A DNA stretch of 64,000 nt from positions 78,669 through 142,668 of the forward strand of contig JAEYLC010000010.1 in NCBI GenBank assembly GCA_023461435.1, in the 5' to 3' direction. This document shows, piece by piece, positions 63,272 to 64,000 of this stretch. Numbering within the stretch: position 1 is the first letter of the stretch; every line of letters starts with the position of its first letter. This stretch comes from Bacillota bacterium (lineage in GTDB: Bacteria > Bacillota > Clostridia > Christensenellales > SZUA-584). Below the pieces are notes generated by a model. The model worked only from the letters and a program-made list of their open reading frames with translations, had not been told where the DNA came from and made no database searches. The translations under genes and the position numbers were made by a program.

Positions 63272-63447
63272 TCTATACTCCTTGATTCATTTATGCCGAT
63301 ATTATCACATAAATCATAATGAATTTCCAGAGCGTATTTGAAATTTCTATTTATTTTTGCCAGCCTTTCTGATAGAATTACTTTTAAACACGATAAAAGC
63401 CGGTATGGCAAAAAGTAATACCGGAAGCGAAATGTTGGAGGATATAT

Positions 63448-64000
63448 ATGAAATTTTATGGAACGGGCGACATAAGAAACATCACACTCGTGGGGCATGG
63501 CGGCGAAGGTAAAACGACTTTGGCAGAAGCCATGCTTTTTTGCAGCGGTGCAATCGACAGACAGGGCAAAACGGAAGACGGTAATACAGTGATGGATTTT
63601 GACCCCGAAGAAACGAAACGTCACATCTCCTTAAGCTCTGCTATCGCGCCCGTGGAATGGAACGGTGCAAAGATCAACATCATCGATACACCCGGATATT
63701 TTGATTTTATCGGCGATGCCACGTCCGGCTATTATCTTGCTGACAGCGCGCTGATACTCGTGAACGGACTTTCGGGCCTCACGGTGGGCGCCGAAAAAGC
63801 ATGGGATGCCTGCACGGATGCCGGAATCTCCAAGGCGTTTTTCATCAACCAGATGGACAAGGAAAACGTGGATTTTGACAAGGCGCTTGACAGCCTCAAA
63901 AATAAATACGGAACGCGCATCACACCGATGCAGCTGCCCATCGGGCAGGGCCTTAATTTCAAAGGCATTCTCGATGTGGTAGACATGAAAGCCTATGAAT
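63448..64000 (+). CDS. EF-G-family translational GTPase, 5' part (EF-G2-like paralog), truncated by the window end
   Basis: Open frame from ATG 63448 (GGAGGA SD) to the window end. G1 GHGGEGKTT, G3 DTPGYFDF, G4 NQMD. Absent from the ORF track because it has no stop in the window. Confidence 0.85.
   Translation, partial: MKFYGTGDIRNITLVGHGGEGKTTLAEAMLFCSGAIDRQGKTEDGNTVMDFDPEETKRHISLSSAIAPVEWNGAKINIIDTPGYFDFIGDATSGYYLADSALILVNGLSGLTVGAEKAWDACTDAGISKAFFINQMDKENVDFDKALDSLKNKYGTRITPMQLPIGQGLNFKGILDVVDMKAYE

Overview
This is a chromosomal, mostly core-genome window from a GC-rich Firmicute. From gene content I guess a Clostridia (Oscillospiraceae/Ruminococcaceae-like) spore former, based on GerMN lipoproteins, SpoVD/SpoVE-type division genes and CotH. 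All calls rest on motifs I recognise in the supplied translations and on signals read in the DNA; no searches were run.

Layout, left to right:
- Truncated CDS with a basic repeat tail.
- Minus-strand PadR/CMD operon.
- OmpR-type two-component system followed by two GerMN lipoproteins.
- asnB, an ECF-S-like membrane protein and an MBL hydrolase.
- comEC-holA with convergent rpsT (classical Firmicute synteny).
- About 9 kb of uncharacterised envelope genes: three zinc-ribbon/TM proteins, a CotH-VTC-DUF4956 module, DUF3784, and two paralogous membrane-anchored proteins.
- A dcw cluster: mraZ-rsmH-ftsL-pbp-murE-mraY-murD-ftsW-murA-ftsQ-ftsA-ftsZ.
- Rhodanese lipoprotein, cysS, a GcvH-like protein, deoB-punA.
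- A PadR/4Fe-4S membrane operon.
- NlpC/P60, a DacB-like carboxypeptidase, surE, an RpiR regulator plus flavoprotein.
- L20-leader-infC-rpmI-rplT.
- TetR/MFS/GDPD genes, a PPi-type PFK, a Dabb protein, uvrB-uvrA, a GGDEF sensor, and the 5' end of an EF-G paralog.

I saw no rRNA, tRNA, CRISPR array, transposase or recognisable defence genes.

The most interesting candidate is the CotH/VTC/DUF4956 module together with the neighbouring zinc-ribbon proteins that carry acidic S-D-rich tails. Secondary items are:
- a REP-like double-hairpin repeat in two copies;
- MraZ-box repeats with 10-nt phasing;
- a probable leaderless NlpC/P60 mRNA;
- a promoter/terminator pair plus a perfect 18-bp palindrome in front of pfk;
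- PadR and TetR operator candidates.

Many long ORFs in the track lie antisense to strongly recognisable genes and are treated as GC-driven artefacts.
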